Assembly: GCF_009914755.1 (NCBI RefSeq)
Contig: NC_060939.1
Strand: one strand, 5' to 3'
Source of the DNA: the human T2T-CHM13v2.0 reference genome, Homo sapiens
DNA length: 64,000 bases
Of this stretch, positions 1 through 14,623 are shown one piece after another (position 1 is the stretch's first letter; each line of letters opens with the position of its first letter). Both the position numbers and the translations under genes were made by a program. The notes beneath the pieces are model-generated. The model did no database searches. It saw only the letters and a program-made list of their open reading frames with translations, and had not been told where the DNA came from.

Positions 1-52
1 CGGCCTACCAACGTGCTGGGATGACAGGTGTGAGCCACCGCGCCAGCCGGCC
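1..52 (-). mobile_element. Alu 5' end, truncated by the window edge
   Basis: gtgctgggatgacaggtgtgagccaccgcgccagccggcc is the reverse complement of the Alu start. Confidence 0.9.
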
Positions 53-2418
53 TCGGGAAATTTTTAGCACTGGGAACAAAACTGAAAGAGTGGATTTTCA
101 CATGGCCTTTAAGGAAATAAGCGTCCATTTGGTGTGAATACTTGATGTGGGTAAAGACCTCCTCATCCTTTCAAACAAGAAGCAGCCAAGTGTCAAGATT
201 TATCAGCTTCTATGACAGCTGTATTTGTGGATGGCATCAAACACTCCCTGAAAGTTTTGCTAATATACTAGATCTTAAAGTTCAGTCATGAAGAATTTTA
301 ATGTGTCATCAAATATTTGTTATATGTTATCATCCTCTAGGTCAACAATAGCAAAAAAGCAAAAAACCTAAACTCAGAATGAAATAGAATAAGTTTGACA
401 AATTTGGTAATCTCTTCAACATTCTTATTTACATATTTACATTTTTGGCATTGTGATATTTAGCTCTTGCAGTTTGGCTTTTCTGATTGGGAATTGGAAG
501 GTGGGATCAAAATGCAGCAATACAACTGAAGAACAAATTCTTACCTTCCAGGTGAGGACACAGAATACACTGGAGCATTGGTGGATTTGTTATTTAGTCT
601 GTTACTGCAGAAGACCAAACCATAACACTAGAGCCAGATTATCATGAAAATCAAGAAAAAGCTAAAATATGTTTAAGGAAAATTCCATTTATTTGCTAAT
701 GGCTGGACTGACTTAAAATCCATTAGCCTTTTCAAGGGCCAGGATCAATACTTTTGAAACTTTCAACTCTCTTGGGGCCCTGAAAACCCGTGGGCCATGA
801 TGTAATGAATTGGCTGCATCAGCTTATTTTCAATATTCCTCTATTCAATCTCCTTGTCTTCATGTGATTCCTTTAGCTTTAAAAATATTAAAAGGTAATT
901 TGAGATATTGGAAACAATATTCTCTTAAATCAAGTTGTGTATATCTCCAAACATTTTGATGTTTACTCATGAGAAGATGATGGGTGCCGATTTCTAAGTT
1001 GATAGCTACTCAACAATTTCTGAGCATAGCATCATCTTCCCGCTGAACTGTCAATAAATTCTACTTGGAAAATCAGTATTTCAATAGTGTATAGGACGTT
1101 TAGTGATGTGAGACACGCCTCTTGAGATTAAATGATAATATGTTCTAAACTGAAGAAGACCTCTGATCCCATTAGTTGAATTATAGTTATTTCCTAATCA
1201 GTTTGTATTTTATATTGTGATTATATAATTTAATTTATTAAAATGACTTGACAAAAACAAATTTGACTTCATAAACAATGTATAGAATACATTGTAATAT
1301 CTACTAAATGTTGATCACTAAAAAGTTCATGTCAAATTAGGAATGAGAAACACAATTCTAAATAGAAGGGTAAAAAAATGTGGACTCATTGCTTTAAAAA
1401 ATCTTTAAAAAAAAGAACTTGAAAGAGAAATGTATTTCCTTTATATAAAACAAAAAATGAAGTGAAACTTCAATCAATAGGCCCATTCTAAAAAAAACAA
1501 AAAAATCACTTGCTTTAGTCATAAGTGTGGCAAATGAATGTAAATTTCTACATATTTAATTGCAGTAAAATGTAAATATATACTGTTATGATTTTTTTTT
1601 TTTACAACTGTGCTCTAAGTTTCTTAATTAATGGAAAAATCTTGTGGTCTTAGTCTGAGAGATAGGGCAACTTTACTGAAAGTTTTTAACTCTTTATTTT
1701 GACTGTAACTGCAAAGCCCTAAGAACCCTTGCTCACCACACTTTATAGCACTGAAAAAAAGCTATATATGAGACAGTGTCATCCAAGGGGAAGAACTATG
1801 GCCTTGAGGTTAGGTTGGCAGGTTTTTATTTGCATGACCCTGGACGGAGATTGTAACCACTTTGATTCAGTTCCTTTGTTTAACAAGATAGAACTTAGAA
1901 AACTAATCTTTAAGAGAAGAAATAAAGAAACCAAGGTGAAAGTGCCTGGAGTGGTGTAATCACGCAATAAATGTTCATTTCTTTTTCCTTCAGTAGAATA
2001 ATATATAACCTGTTTTGGAAAACTTATGTAGAAATGTATTGATTTCCTTCAAAATTTATTTTCCATTAAAATATTTACGTATTCCTTTAAAGCTTGCTAT
2101 TTCAGGCAAAATTATGCTTAGTTTACAAATACTTTCTCCAGAATGGCTTATGAGTCTTAAAAAGGAAATGAGTGCATATTTTACCTTACAGAAAAATCCT
2201 GCTTTTCTTGCCTAAAAGTGAATACAAGAGGAGTAGAAGAGGTGTCACACCTTTTACATCTGGGTGTTTAATGCAGTTCTCCCTTTGATTTGCCAGTTGT
2301 AAAATTTATCTGATTATTTCCTAAAATTTTCTGATTAGGATAAGAAAAGAATAACATCTTTTATTTGGATTTAAACCAATTCTATCTGAAGTAAGTTAGC
2401 CTCAAAATAATAGTGCTA

Positions 2419-2725
2419 GCTGGAGGCCATTATCCTAAGCAAATTAATGCAGGAACAGAGAAACAAATACCACGTGTTCTCACTTGCCAGTGTGAGCTAA
2501 GCCTTAAGTACACATAACCATAAAGATGGGAACAATAGACAGTGGGGTCTGCTAGAGGGAGGAGAGAAGAAGGGGAACAAGGACTGAAAAACTACCCATT
2601 GGGTACTCTGCTCACTACCTGGGTGACGGTAACATTTGTATCCCCAACTTCAATGTCCTACAATATACCCACGTAACAAACCTGTATATGTATCCCCTGA
2701 ATTTAAAATAGAAATTGAAATTTTA
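2419..2725 (+). mobile_element. L1 3' end (old L1PA/L1PB-like)
   Basis: ctggaggccattatcctaagc...gtaacaaacctgtatatgtatcccctgaatttaaaata matches L1 ORF2 end and 3' UTR. Confidence 0.85.
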
Positions 2726-5654
2726 AAGTAATTAATTAATGAAACAGCAAAAAATAAAATGAAGCAGGAAAAATAGACACAAAAATAATAACAGTGGGGC
2801 TAGCCATATTGCATTAAAACATCCACACAAAGCACATGGACAACTGTCTTTAATATCTCCATCTTCATTAGGCTAGTGAATAAAGCAATAGAAAAACTCC
2901 AAGTGTGTAATTTCATTATCTAGGACACTGATGACTTAGAATCTCTTGTTTCACAGACGGATCCAGGCAAATCCTATTGACACAGGGAAAAATTGGTTGC
3001 TTTGGGTTCCATTTACCTGCAGAAATGGGAATTATTACTTGCTAAGTGATCATTTGAACTACTAGCCCTGGAAGGCATATGTCGGCTCACATGTTTAAAG
3101 CATATTTTATCTGATGACCGCTTTTATTTTAAAGATATAGAATAATGTTTTACGTCTTGAATTATTTCTTTCTATATACTTGGCAATAGCACAGTAAAAA
3201 TCCAAGACTTTTTTCTATAACTGGGATGTATCTTAATTCCTCTTTTTTTTTAAAAAAATAATTAAGTGCATAGTAGTTGGAAATAATGAAACGTTGATGA
3301 GTAATTGATGGATGATGACGAAGCCCACCCCAGACTGTTTTCTTCGGAGTTAAATTTCTAGATCCACAAGCGATATGTTGCATAAATGAATGAAAGTGCT
3401 TAGGATGTAGCAAGACTGTAATAACAATACTTTAATTAACTGAAATTAAACGGTGATGTCAGAGAAAAACTTATGTCAGATCACCACAATCAATTAAACA
3501 CAGTGATAAATGTAACATTCTTCTAATAAAATAACTTAATCCTATTTGCCACTTCAGATTGAATAATCAGTTTTTCACTCACTAAAATGGAACCCAGAAT
3601 ACATCTTCTATCTTACTTTGTCGTTTGATAAAATGTTAGTTTTTCTATATTTGTTAACACAGACCAGTATATGTTATTAAAACACTGGCCGTAAACAGTG
3701 TAGGTAGTCTAGCATATATTCATAATTTCTTTGTACAAGCTAAGAAAGAACACATTGATCAAGTCCTTTTCAACATAAATTGTATTTCATGCAAGTTAAA
3801 ATTAAACAGAAAACTGCATTTAAATAAATGTGAAAGATTCAAATAGAAAATGGCCTTTGGAACTCTTCTTATATTTAGTCATCTATTATGTTTCTTTTAA
3901 AAACTATTAGATAAAAAGCTTAGATAGAACAATTAACATAAAATGCTTTTTGGGGAGAGGGGCTCTTTTTTAAACCCTGTTTAGTATCATGATATCCTAT
4001 TTTATTTTACGTGAGACATTTGCATGGACATATTAATTCCAAAAAGCTAAGTGATCTTATAGACTTTATAGATGAAATACAGCAAGAAACAGAAAGCAAA
4101 TAATTGCATGACTGTTACTGGCTATATTCCGGGTCTTTAAGAATTTAAGACCGCTATAGATAAATGATATTGCTTGGTACCTGCCCGTCACCAGATTGGA
4201 GTGGAGGAATTTAGTATTTAGAAATCTTTTATTTTCTTCTTGCTATTATACAGTGTTATTGAGTTGGTAATCAGTGAACCATCTTGGGCTTTGAAGCTTC
4301 CCTTGTGTTATGCTACCCTGCTAGGGTACATAATATGATGGTTTACCGTTCAGCAAAATCTTTTGTTTTCACTCAAAAAAAGCAGTCCCCAGATATATTT
4401 AAACTCATAGTATAAATGCCATGGTTTTAATGTACGGTGCCATTTTGTAGGCATAAAAGACAAACAAGGTGTGTTACTGTTTTTGATAACTTTACTCACT
4501 TTTATAAAACCTAAGAATAGTTATCTGAAAATATGTCATTCCCTTGGACTGGAATCTAGCCCCCAGACCTGTGACGAAATAAGGATGATTTCAGCACACT
4601 GAAGAAACAACGAAGTGAAAGGAAGAGGAGCCCACATAGGGTCCTCTTCATTGTGTTTTAGAAGGTCAAATTCTCTGGTTATTAACAGACAGAGTATTTC
4701 AGAGTTTGAAGAGACATTAAGAAACCAGGAATCTACCTCCTCCCTTTTACAGAAAATGATACAAAAGATAATTCTTTGCCATCTCAGTGCCCACGAACGG
4801 CTTCCACTTCACCATTCAACCTTGTAGGTGGTAGAGCTGGAGGGCCTGTGTGAGGTGAACAGGCACGAAAAGGACTGAGAGTGGAGAGAATATGGTGGAA
4901 GGAGAACACAAACTTCCTGGCAAGAGCCGACTTATTGAGGGAATGACACAAGAAGGAAGTGGTGTACCTGGGTGAAAAATGCACAGGGTAAGGGTGACAT
5001 TCATAAGAGATTTTCCGAGGCTTGTGGAATTGCTGAGAGCTGGAGAGCTGGTGAGGAGGTGAGAACCAATCTTGATAACTCTTGCTGTGTTATACGTCTG
5101 GACCTTATTTTAAATGTTCTTTGAAGGCACAGTGAAGAATTATAGTTATTTCTGAATTCCTATTGGAGGCTAAAACTGCCTTCTTAAACTGGGCAACACA
5201 TCAGCTACTGTATAAAGTGGGTCTCTAAAATGATAGTTTATAGTCATATAAAGAAACAGATATCAGGAAAGAGAAGATATTTATCTAATGAGTTGATCTC
5301 TTCAGTCACAACAGTCAGTTTGGATAATGTTATTCACCAGTGCATTCTTCTTTCCTTTCTAATCATCCCCAAGTTTATCTCCTCTGAGGCTCACGCTCAG
5401 CAGCACAGATTGATTTACTGAACTATATAAAAGTAGCTGCTCTCCTACCACAAAAACTCCAAACCTTCTTTCTTTTAAACTTTCTTTCATAATAAAATAA
5501 TGTAAGGCAACCTTTCTAATGTGAAGACAACTTTACTAAGTCAGTTGTAGAGACAGAAGAGAAGCTTGGCTGGTAATAGTGATAACACTGCACAGTTACA
5601 CATTTTACAGAAATCTAGGAGTTTATTTATGAGCATGTGTGGAAATGAATAAAT

Positions 5655-5885
5655 GACATTTGTATAGTGCTTACTATATGCCAGGTATTTTTTTAACTGT
5701 ATCATACAGTTAACCATTCGATATTTACAGTATGTTCAGGAGACAGGTTCTGTTGGGATCATTTCATTTTACGTAGAAGAAACTAAGGCATCGAGCGTTT
5801 AAGTGACTTGTTCAAGTTCACTTCTTTGGCAAATGGCGGAGAGGGGATGTTGAGCCAGAGACCACCTGCTCAACCACTGCCTACA
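5655..5885 (-). mobile_element. MIR
   Basis: MIR core cattttacgtagaagaaactaaggca...aagtgacttgttcaagttcac. Confidence 0.7.
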
Positions 5886-6304
5886 TTGCTTTTATTGACT
5901 TAAAATTACAAAATGTTTAATTAAAATACCTGTTAGGTATTCTTCATATTTACATTATCTTGGCAAGTAATATAATGATCATAGCTAAATAAATGCTGCA
6001 TAACTTACTGAAATGAGAAAATTGCTTTGAGTATGTTGAAAAATACAGTAGATCGTGCATATTATGTTACACTATTACTTCACTAACGAAGGACTTCACT
6101 ATGGCTAGTCCCATGGATAACCAGCCAAGGTCATGTCTCGAAAGCAATGCTCTTTCCACAAATGTGGTCTGAATCACAAAGCTTTACCTGCATAAATTAT
6201 ATTGTATTTTATTTTGAATGTACTTCAGAAATTTGGAATTGTACTTTGGTACCGTAGACATTGCCTACTCTCGTATCCTTTATGACATGGCTGTGAGGAT
6301 GGGA

Positions 6305-6645
6305 TGTATATATATAATATATATACACATACACTATATATGTAGTATATATAATATATATACATATGCTGTATATGTAGTATATATTATATATACATAT
6401 ACTGTATATGTAGTATATATAATATATACACATACTGTATATATAGTATATGTACTTATATATACTAATATAGTGTATATATAGTAAATATACTATATAT
6501 ACTATATATACTCTATATACACTATACTATATATATACTATACATATACTCTCTATATAGTATATTTTTTATATATATACTATACATATACTCTCTATAT
6601 AGTATATATATTTTTTATATATACATATATGTGTGTATATATATG
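6305..6645. repeat. Degenerate TA-rich micro/minisatellite
   Basis: TA runs with recurrent tgtagtatatat and tactacatata motifs. Confidence 0.9.
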
Positions 6646-6729
6646 TAGTCTTTACTTCTCTAACATTTATACTCATTGAGGAGAGTTGGCCTTTTCCTGT
6701 CTAAAGGTTCACTATAAAATGGACACATC

Positions 6730-7085
<356 letters not shown>

Positions 7086-7916
7086 TCATTTTAATTCTCT
7101 GAGGCAGAAGGAAGATTTCATGTGTAAAATAAGGTGAGACTGTTTCTAAACTGGGATCTTTCCACCTTTTGCCTGGTATGGAGTCTCCTCTATGAGTGAT
7201 GTTGCCAGTGTATATGCCAGTGATACAGAGAACCATTATGTTCTAGACTCGTTCCATTTACCCATCTCCTTCTCTCACTACTTCCACTGCCAACATTAAT
7301 GTGACAGAGAATCACAAATCTTAACTCTTTCTGCTTCGGCCCATTCAGAGACTCTCTGGTTTATCTGCTTATTAAAAAGAGTGGGACCTGGAAATATGTG
7401 TGAGGTAGGGGCCATATTGATTTGCAGTATTGGTGTTGGCAGAAATCATGCAGCAGACCTTGTAGGCCAAAAACCACAATTGTTGTATAAGGTTCTGTGA
7501 CGTTGTCACCAGTAGAAATCCAATATTCTCATATCATAGTTATTTGCAGTTATCTCAGTATATCATATACACATCAATATTTTGTAATCAAAGTAGTTCT
7601 GACACTTACTAATAGATTTTATCATTTCATATGTTGAAAAAATAAATATAGGTTATATCACGATTTGTTTATATTTTGCTAACAATATTTAAGATAATTG
7701 GTTTACTTAATAATTGTCCTTCATTTATGCCAGTAAGGTCACATTCTGGGTAACAAACAAAAAGGTCAGGAATCCCTGCTATAAAGTGATATACTGTGGA
7801 AAAAGGCAGTAGAAAAATAAATGGATCCAGAGCCTTTTCCGCTTGCATTTTTGAAATTAATGCTGAACTCTTGGGTGCCTGAAGAAAGGGGACAGAGAGT
7901 GTTTCATGTTCTTTCG

Positions 7917-8434
7917 TGTGATAGTCAGATGTGGTTATATGAGGAGGCCGTGGAGAGGCTCCAGAAACAAACTTTACTGTGCTCACAGGCCCTGTAGACA
8001 GTAGACATGAGATACCACATGGGACCATGTGGAAAAAAACACCAGGTTAGTCAGAAGACAAAAGACAAGAGCAAGGGGAAAGTTTAGGCCGAACCTTTGT
8101 TTGAGTTTCTCCCTGACAAGGTAAGGCAGGGTGATCAGCTTAGGATTAGCTAGTTTGAATAATTTTAGTGGGCTCTAAGCAACAGGGTGGTCCTTAGTCA
8201 CCTGGTACCTGGACCTGAATGATTCAGGCAAAAGAATATTGCCTGTTGGAGTGTAAGAGCCAGATAGGGGAGGGCTGGCTCTGGATTGGTTCACTTGCAA
8301 ATGAAAGGTGTGCTCCTGGCTGGCTAGGCCCTTCTATCTCTAAGAATTGAGTAGCTGCAGAAGGGACAGTCTCTCCTTAGCTAGAAAGGATTTTTAAGAT
8401 GTCAGAACATCATAGTATGCAGAAAATAGTACAC
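7917..8434 (-). mobile_element. ERVL-class solo LTR (MER74/MER76/MER54-like)
   Basis: ggctctggattggttcacttgcaaatgaaagg...atctctaagaattg...gggacagtctctcc...tttttaagatgtcagaacatca resembles the reverse complement of this LTR group. Confidence 0.6.
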
Positions 8435-8466
8435 TTGCCCCAACCCCCCCGCCCCCCGCCCCGCCA

Positions 8467-8474
8467 ACACACAG

Positions 8475-8520
<46 letters not shown>
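8467..8520. repeat. (CA)n microsatellite
   Basis: Directly visible. Confidence 0.95.
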
Positions 8521-8522
<2 letters not shown>

Positions 8523-9189
8523 CAAAGAGCATCTGACAGAAGTCAGGGTAGCTGTCCAGAGGCTGATGTACCGTTACTTATACATGTATTTTTAGCTCAC
8601 CTCTTTCATCATTGCATTGTATGCTTTTCTATTAAATCTAAAGAGTTTCCACTTCCTTAAAGACATCGTGTTAAAGTTGTCCCTTTCACTTTCTTCTGTT
8701 GCCGGGTAATGTATGCTCCTGTAGTTCTGAGGGGAAATAAGCCAAGCACCAAGGGTAAGCCTTGTTCTCTTGCTGGCTGAGCAGGAGTTGAAAGAGGAGG
8801 TCCTAGTCTTTTAGACAGAATGTCCAATGGACCAGAATACTGTTACTGTAAGAGTATTTTTTGATGCTTGCTCCCTGCTGATCATGCCTGAAAAACACTT
8901 TCTAGAAATCTGATGTGTCAGAAGGGAACTCTGCCATGCGGACTTCACAGCACCAGGATCACAAGAAGCTCTAAGACTTTCCGGGGGTTTAGTATACCGC
9001 TGCCTGCATGTGGTGAGAAGATATCAATATTTATTCAGGTATTTGTTTTATGTTTTTTTCTATTACTATGTGTGCTAAATAATAATGTTGTTCTATGTTC
9101 CAAGGGTTAGCAACAGAGTTTTCTTTGTTTTCTAAGTCTTATATCTACAATCTTAAGAAGTGTACAGAAGAATCACCTGTAACACTTAA

Positions 9190-9221
9190 ATATATATATA
9201 TATATATATATCTTCCCTGCT

Positions 9222-9262
<41 letters not shown>

Positions 9263-9273
9263 TCCCTGCTTAC
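9190..9273. repeat. (TA)n-cttccctgcttac unit in two tandem copies
   Basis: Directly visible. Confidence 0.9.
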
Positions 9274-9849
9274 CCCAGTGATATTCTGATTTCAGAGACA
9301 TCGAAGGTTTTCAAGAAACCATGTTTTTACAATGGTGCATATATAACAAACATAACCCCAACTGAGAAAACTACCTTACTGAATTCATGAATAAATAAAC
9401 CCTTGTATCATTTTGACTAGGATAATAACTGCACAAACACATATAATACTTGGATGGCATTGGTTAATATTTTATGCAGTTATGTGCACTTTTGTGTAAC
9501 TTTTTTTGAAAAAGATTAAAAAATAACCAACCCTGAGATATGTCATTTGCATATGTTAATTTCTTTTATTAGAAAATGCATAAATTAACTTTAAAGAATG
9601 AAGAACATTGAGATATTGTAATTTATGTATTGCATTTATAGACCAAGTCTATATAAAAGTATAGCTTCCTTTAATTGAAAGGATTATCTTTATCAGCTTT
9701 CCTGAAGTCCTGTGTGCTTGATTTACTACCAATTATGCCACAGATCTCTAAATAGCAGTTATCTTTTCTCAAATATTTCCATTGCTGGTGTTAATCTTCT
9801 CTTGATTTTCCAGTTACCTGTTTCTTGATGATGTACGTAAATCTTCTTT

Positions 9850-10154
9850 CTTTATTTTATTTATTTATTTTTTTGAGACAGAGTCTCTCTCTCTCGCCCA
9901 GGCTGGAGTGCAGTGATGCCATCTCAGCTCACTGCGAGCTCCGCCTCCAGGTTCACGCCATTCTCCTGCCTCAGCCTCGCAAGTAGCTGGGACTACAGGC
10001 ACCCGCCACCACGCCCGGCTAATTTTCTGTATTTTTAGTAGAGATGGGGTTTCACTGTGTTAGCCAGGAGGGTCTGGATCTCCTGACCTCGTGATCCGCC
10101 CACCTTGGCCTCCCAAAGTGCTGGGATTACAGGTGTGAGCCACTGCTCCCGGCC
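9850..10154 (-). mobile_element. AluY with TSD
   Basis: Full Alu reverse complement. TSD taaatcttcttt at 9838-9849 and 10156-10167. Confidence 0.95.
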
Positions 10155-12688
10155 TTAAATCTTCTTTTAGTACCTTGGATCCCATCTTGTTGCTCTCATG
10201 AACTCCAAACTCTTTATATTTATCATTTCCTTTTTCATCTGGATATAGTATGTAATTTTATTTCTCAAATACAGTCTCTATTAAATGTCAAGGAACATTT
10301 TCTGATATTCCAGGCACTGTTCCAGACCCTGGAGATGTGGAGTCCCAGTCCTCTGAGAGCAAACAAGCATAGTACCATGTGACGATTGCCATAATCCAGG
10401 TGAGCCTAAGTGCTGATTGAGGGTGACTCTGTGCAGGCTTGCCCCAGGATGTGATTCCTGAGCCAGTTTACAATCATTAGTGGAAGTTAGGCATTCAGAA
10501 CTATGACTTATGCACCTGTACATTACCAGCCCCTTATATGGTACTTGTCTCTGACACAGAGTAGCTGTTCAATAAATGTTAGATTTGACTGAAGGATGAG
10601 GAAAACAGAGTTGTTAGCAACTGAAAATAATTATCTGGGTTTGAGGATTGACTGCAATTCATGAAAAAGTTTAAAAATGTGTTTGAAACTATGCCAGGGG
10701 CTTTAAAATGTATTTCTATGCTATACAAGGTGTTTACATTTTATTTTAAGACAATGAAATTCCAATTAGGGTAAAGTATTATCTAATTTACTTTCTATAA
10801 TGTGCATTTGGGCTTCTTATAGAAAGTTTGGTCTTGTAAAAAGGCCTACCAGTGCCCTTCCCAAACCCCTACTAAAGAATCTACATAGCTTTTCAAAAAA
10901 TCAAACTTTAACCACATCAACATGGTAAGACAGAAAAACAAACTTTTCAAAATCTGCAAAAATTTTGACGCTGTCACTGATTGAGCTGGATTGAGAGAAA
11001 CAATTGGTCGTCTATTTAGACTTACATGACAAAAAAGACAGACTTGGTTCATCAAAAGGGGCTAGGAAAGCACTATATCCCTCCACAAGATCGCCCCCGT
11101 CCTTTTTTTTTCCTCTCAGAGATCTTAAAATTGTGCTAAGAACAAAAAAACAAACATCGAGAGTAGTCAGTCCTGTTATCTGATCTCTGATGACTGTTGC
11201 AAAGATTAAAACATTCCCTGTGTCTCTCCTTTCCTTCTCTCTTGTTTTAGAGCTGGCAATGAGAAACTCTTTTCCTCTCCTGTTTATAGGTGATACTCTT
11301 TAAAAAACGCTTATATACCAGACTATGATACATAGACTATCTCAGCACATTCAAAAGAGCAGAAATTGTACAGATGACATTTCAGACCACAGTGCAATAC
11401 AATGAAAGATGATTAACACCGTTGTAAGAATACGTGATGATCTATAACAAAAGGTTAGTACATATTTAATTACTCTCTGGATGGGCAATGGCTTTCTAAG
11501 AAGGTAATTTTAGAAAGAAAGAAAAAATACTACATTAAAAAATGTGGTTAAACGCTTGTCTTTGCTCTCTGGCAGCTTTCGCTTGTTATGAAAGAGCACC
11601 TACCACATTAATATTAAGACTGGATGTTTTCATGTGTGCATTAACTGACATTCTGTAAGTTTATTGAAGATTGCAACTGTGTACCTTAGGTCTCTATATC
11701 CTGCCTGTTACATAATGGATATTAATAAATCTCTCATCAAAGACTTTTTCTAAAATTACACTTAAAAATAAAGAAAATGTCGACAAATATAAAAATAATA
11801 TTTGCAAGTCAAAAGGAAAAGACTAGTACTCTAGTAGAAAAATATTTTTAAAAGTCCAGACTATTCAGATATCTGAATTATTAATAAACTATTTCTAAAT
11901 GTTTAGTCTCCTGCATTTAAAACAAAGTTAAAACTAGATCACACAAATTTTGTTTAATAAGTTGGCAGATGTATACATTGCTTTACAGGGTGATAGTGTG
12001 AATGTAGATTCATTACAATCTTCCTCGAATACTTGCAAAAAGCAAAAGCAGGAGATACTTTACCACCATTAGAAAACAAAAACAAAACAGAAACCCAATC
12101 ATATTATTTATTGCCCCATATAAATTCCAAATACTCAATTTACAGGAAATAAAGAGGAGTATAAAAGTATCTATGCATTCACAAAATCAAATAAAGTTAC
12201 TGAAAGTGATTCAGTCACAGCCCAGGAAGATTACTTATATTATTCTTCATGTTCTCCACTATAGTATACACTTGTATATGAAATACATTTCCTACTTGTA
12301 AGGTTACAGACTTAATACTCTCCTTCTTCTTGGCTGCACTCTAATTTATTACTCTAATAGATTTCACTAAGTCAAGGATGCAACCCATGTAGCAGATGTA
12401 TTTTGCTAGTATATGGAATATATATGTAATATATATATTTAACATTTATTAAATATATGTATTGTATTAATGTATAAGTTTATATATTCATATATTGTTT
12501 ATGTTTTATCCAATATGTGCTTTCATTCTAAAAGCCCATATTCTTATATGTCTAATTTTAAATTAAAATTAAAAATAAATTATATGCATTTACTTTATCT
12601 TACATTATACAATTAATTATATACGGTAAGATATATATTTATATCTTTATTAATTATATATCTTACAGTATATATGTATTATTATATA

Positions 12689-13093
12689 TAATCTTATAAA
12701 CATATGCAACAAAAACCTACTTAAAGGACAAATTTTAATAAAGTTGGAAATGAAGAATTGGTTTACTGTTACCATTGAAAATGTTCTCTGTTTATACAAA
12801 TAAAATTATATAATGTATAATTATATAATGTAAGATATATAATTACATTATATATATAATGTAAGATTACATTATATATGTAATGTAAGATATAGTTACA
12901 TTATATATGTAATGTAAGATATAGTTACATTATATATGTAATGTAAGATATATAATTACATTATATAATTGTATTTGTATAAACAGAGGACATTTTCAAT
13001 GGTAATGGTAAATCATTTCTTCATTTCTGACTTTATTAAAATTTGTCCTTTTTTTAATTAAGTAGGTTTTTGCTGCATATGTTTATAAGATTA
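12689..13093. repeat. Long inverted repeat with arms of about 130 bp around a 29-bp TA-rich minisatellite
   Basis: 12689-12817 is the reverse complement of about 12958-13093. The spacer holds ttacattatatatgtaatgtaagatatag units. Confidence 0.92.
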
Positions 13094-13375
13094 AGTCATT
13101 TCCTTTTATTCTAAATTGAGTTAAATGTTTCATTATCAAATAAAGAATGGACATTTACATTTGCTTTTGCTAAGTAATTTTAGATATCTTTCAGAATATC
13201 ATTTAAATATTGTTTTAAGTATATTTCCATGAGGATTTCTAAAGTTCATCATTGCTTGCTTTCCTGAGATAAACTCTATTTAGTCAGGATGTCTTATTCT
13301 ATCAATAAATTGCTGCTGTTGAGTTGGTAGTACTATCTAGTATTTACATATATGTTCATAGTGAGAATTTGGTAG
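12985..13375 (-). mobile_element. Old L1M ORF2 relic
   Basis: Degenerate similarity to antisense L1 ORF2 (gtaggtttttg...ttccttttattcta...ttgctttcctgagataaactctatttagtcaggatg). Confidence 0.6.
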
Positions 13376-13399
13376 AGACAGATAATGTGTATGTATCTT

Positions 13400-13580
13400 C
13401 TTTCAGTTTTATTGGGATATAATTTACATTCCATGATGTTCACATGTTTAGTGTACCATTTCATGTTTTTAGTATGTTAATACAGTTGTGCAAATACCAC
13501 CATAATCTATTTTTAGAATATTTTTATAGTCTTAAAAAATAAACCTTGTACCAATTAGCAGTAACTCCCTATTTCCCACT
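13400..13580 (-). mobile_element. L1MB-type 3' end
   Basis: ttttattgggatataatttacat...cagttgtgcaaataccacc...ccaattagcagtaactccctatttccc. Confidence 0.75.
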
Positions 13581-13961
13581 TCTGGATTTTAAACAGTGCC
13601 AGAACATAGAGAAAAAATAAACTTTCTAAAAACTTACAGGAGGTTATGAAGTTGTAAAGAAAACAAAAAATTATCCATTAATTGTAGATTTAACAGATCT
13701 CATCTATTCAAATTACTTTGCCTTGTAACTTCATATACACATATACATTAATTTTATTGACTTATCAAATATATATAATCTATCAAATTTTCAAATGTAT
13801 ATGAATAAAATTTTATTTAACATTTTATATAATGTTTTATCTATTTTATCTTTAGTTGTATCATTTTCCTCTTTCCTCATAGTAATAGCATCTCCTTTAT
13901 TTCTGTCTTGTTTATATTTGAAAAACAATTTATTATTTATTTACTAGTGTTTTTCAAGTAA

Positions 13962-14320
<359 letters not shown>

Positions 14321-14327
14321 AAGACGT

Positions 14328-14623
14328 GGCCTGGTGCGGGGGCTCACGCCTGTAATCCCAGCACTTTGAGAGGCCGAGGCGGGCAGATCACGAGGTCAGG
14401 AGATCCAGACCATCCTGGCTAACACGGTGAAACCCCGTCTCTACTAAAAACACAAAAACAAAAAAATTAGCCGGGCGTGGTGGTGGGCGCCTGTGGTCCC
14501 AGCTACTCTGGAGGCTGAGGCAGGAAAACTGCATGAACTCGGGAGGCGGAGCTTGCGGTGAGCCGAGATCGTGCCACTGCCATCCAGCCTCGGCAACAGA
14601 GAGACTCCACCTCAAAAAAAAAA
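14328..14623 (+). mobile_element. AluY
   Basis: Full dimer with poly-A. No TSD recognised. Confidence 0.93.

Noticed and set aside
473-551. + strand exon-like segment (gcag|...cag|gtgagg)
   Set aside because: No recognisable peptide or partner exons, so it is probably a chance match
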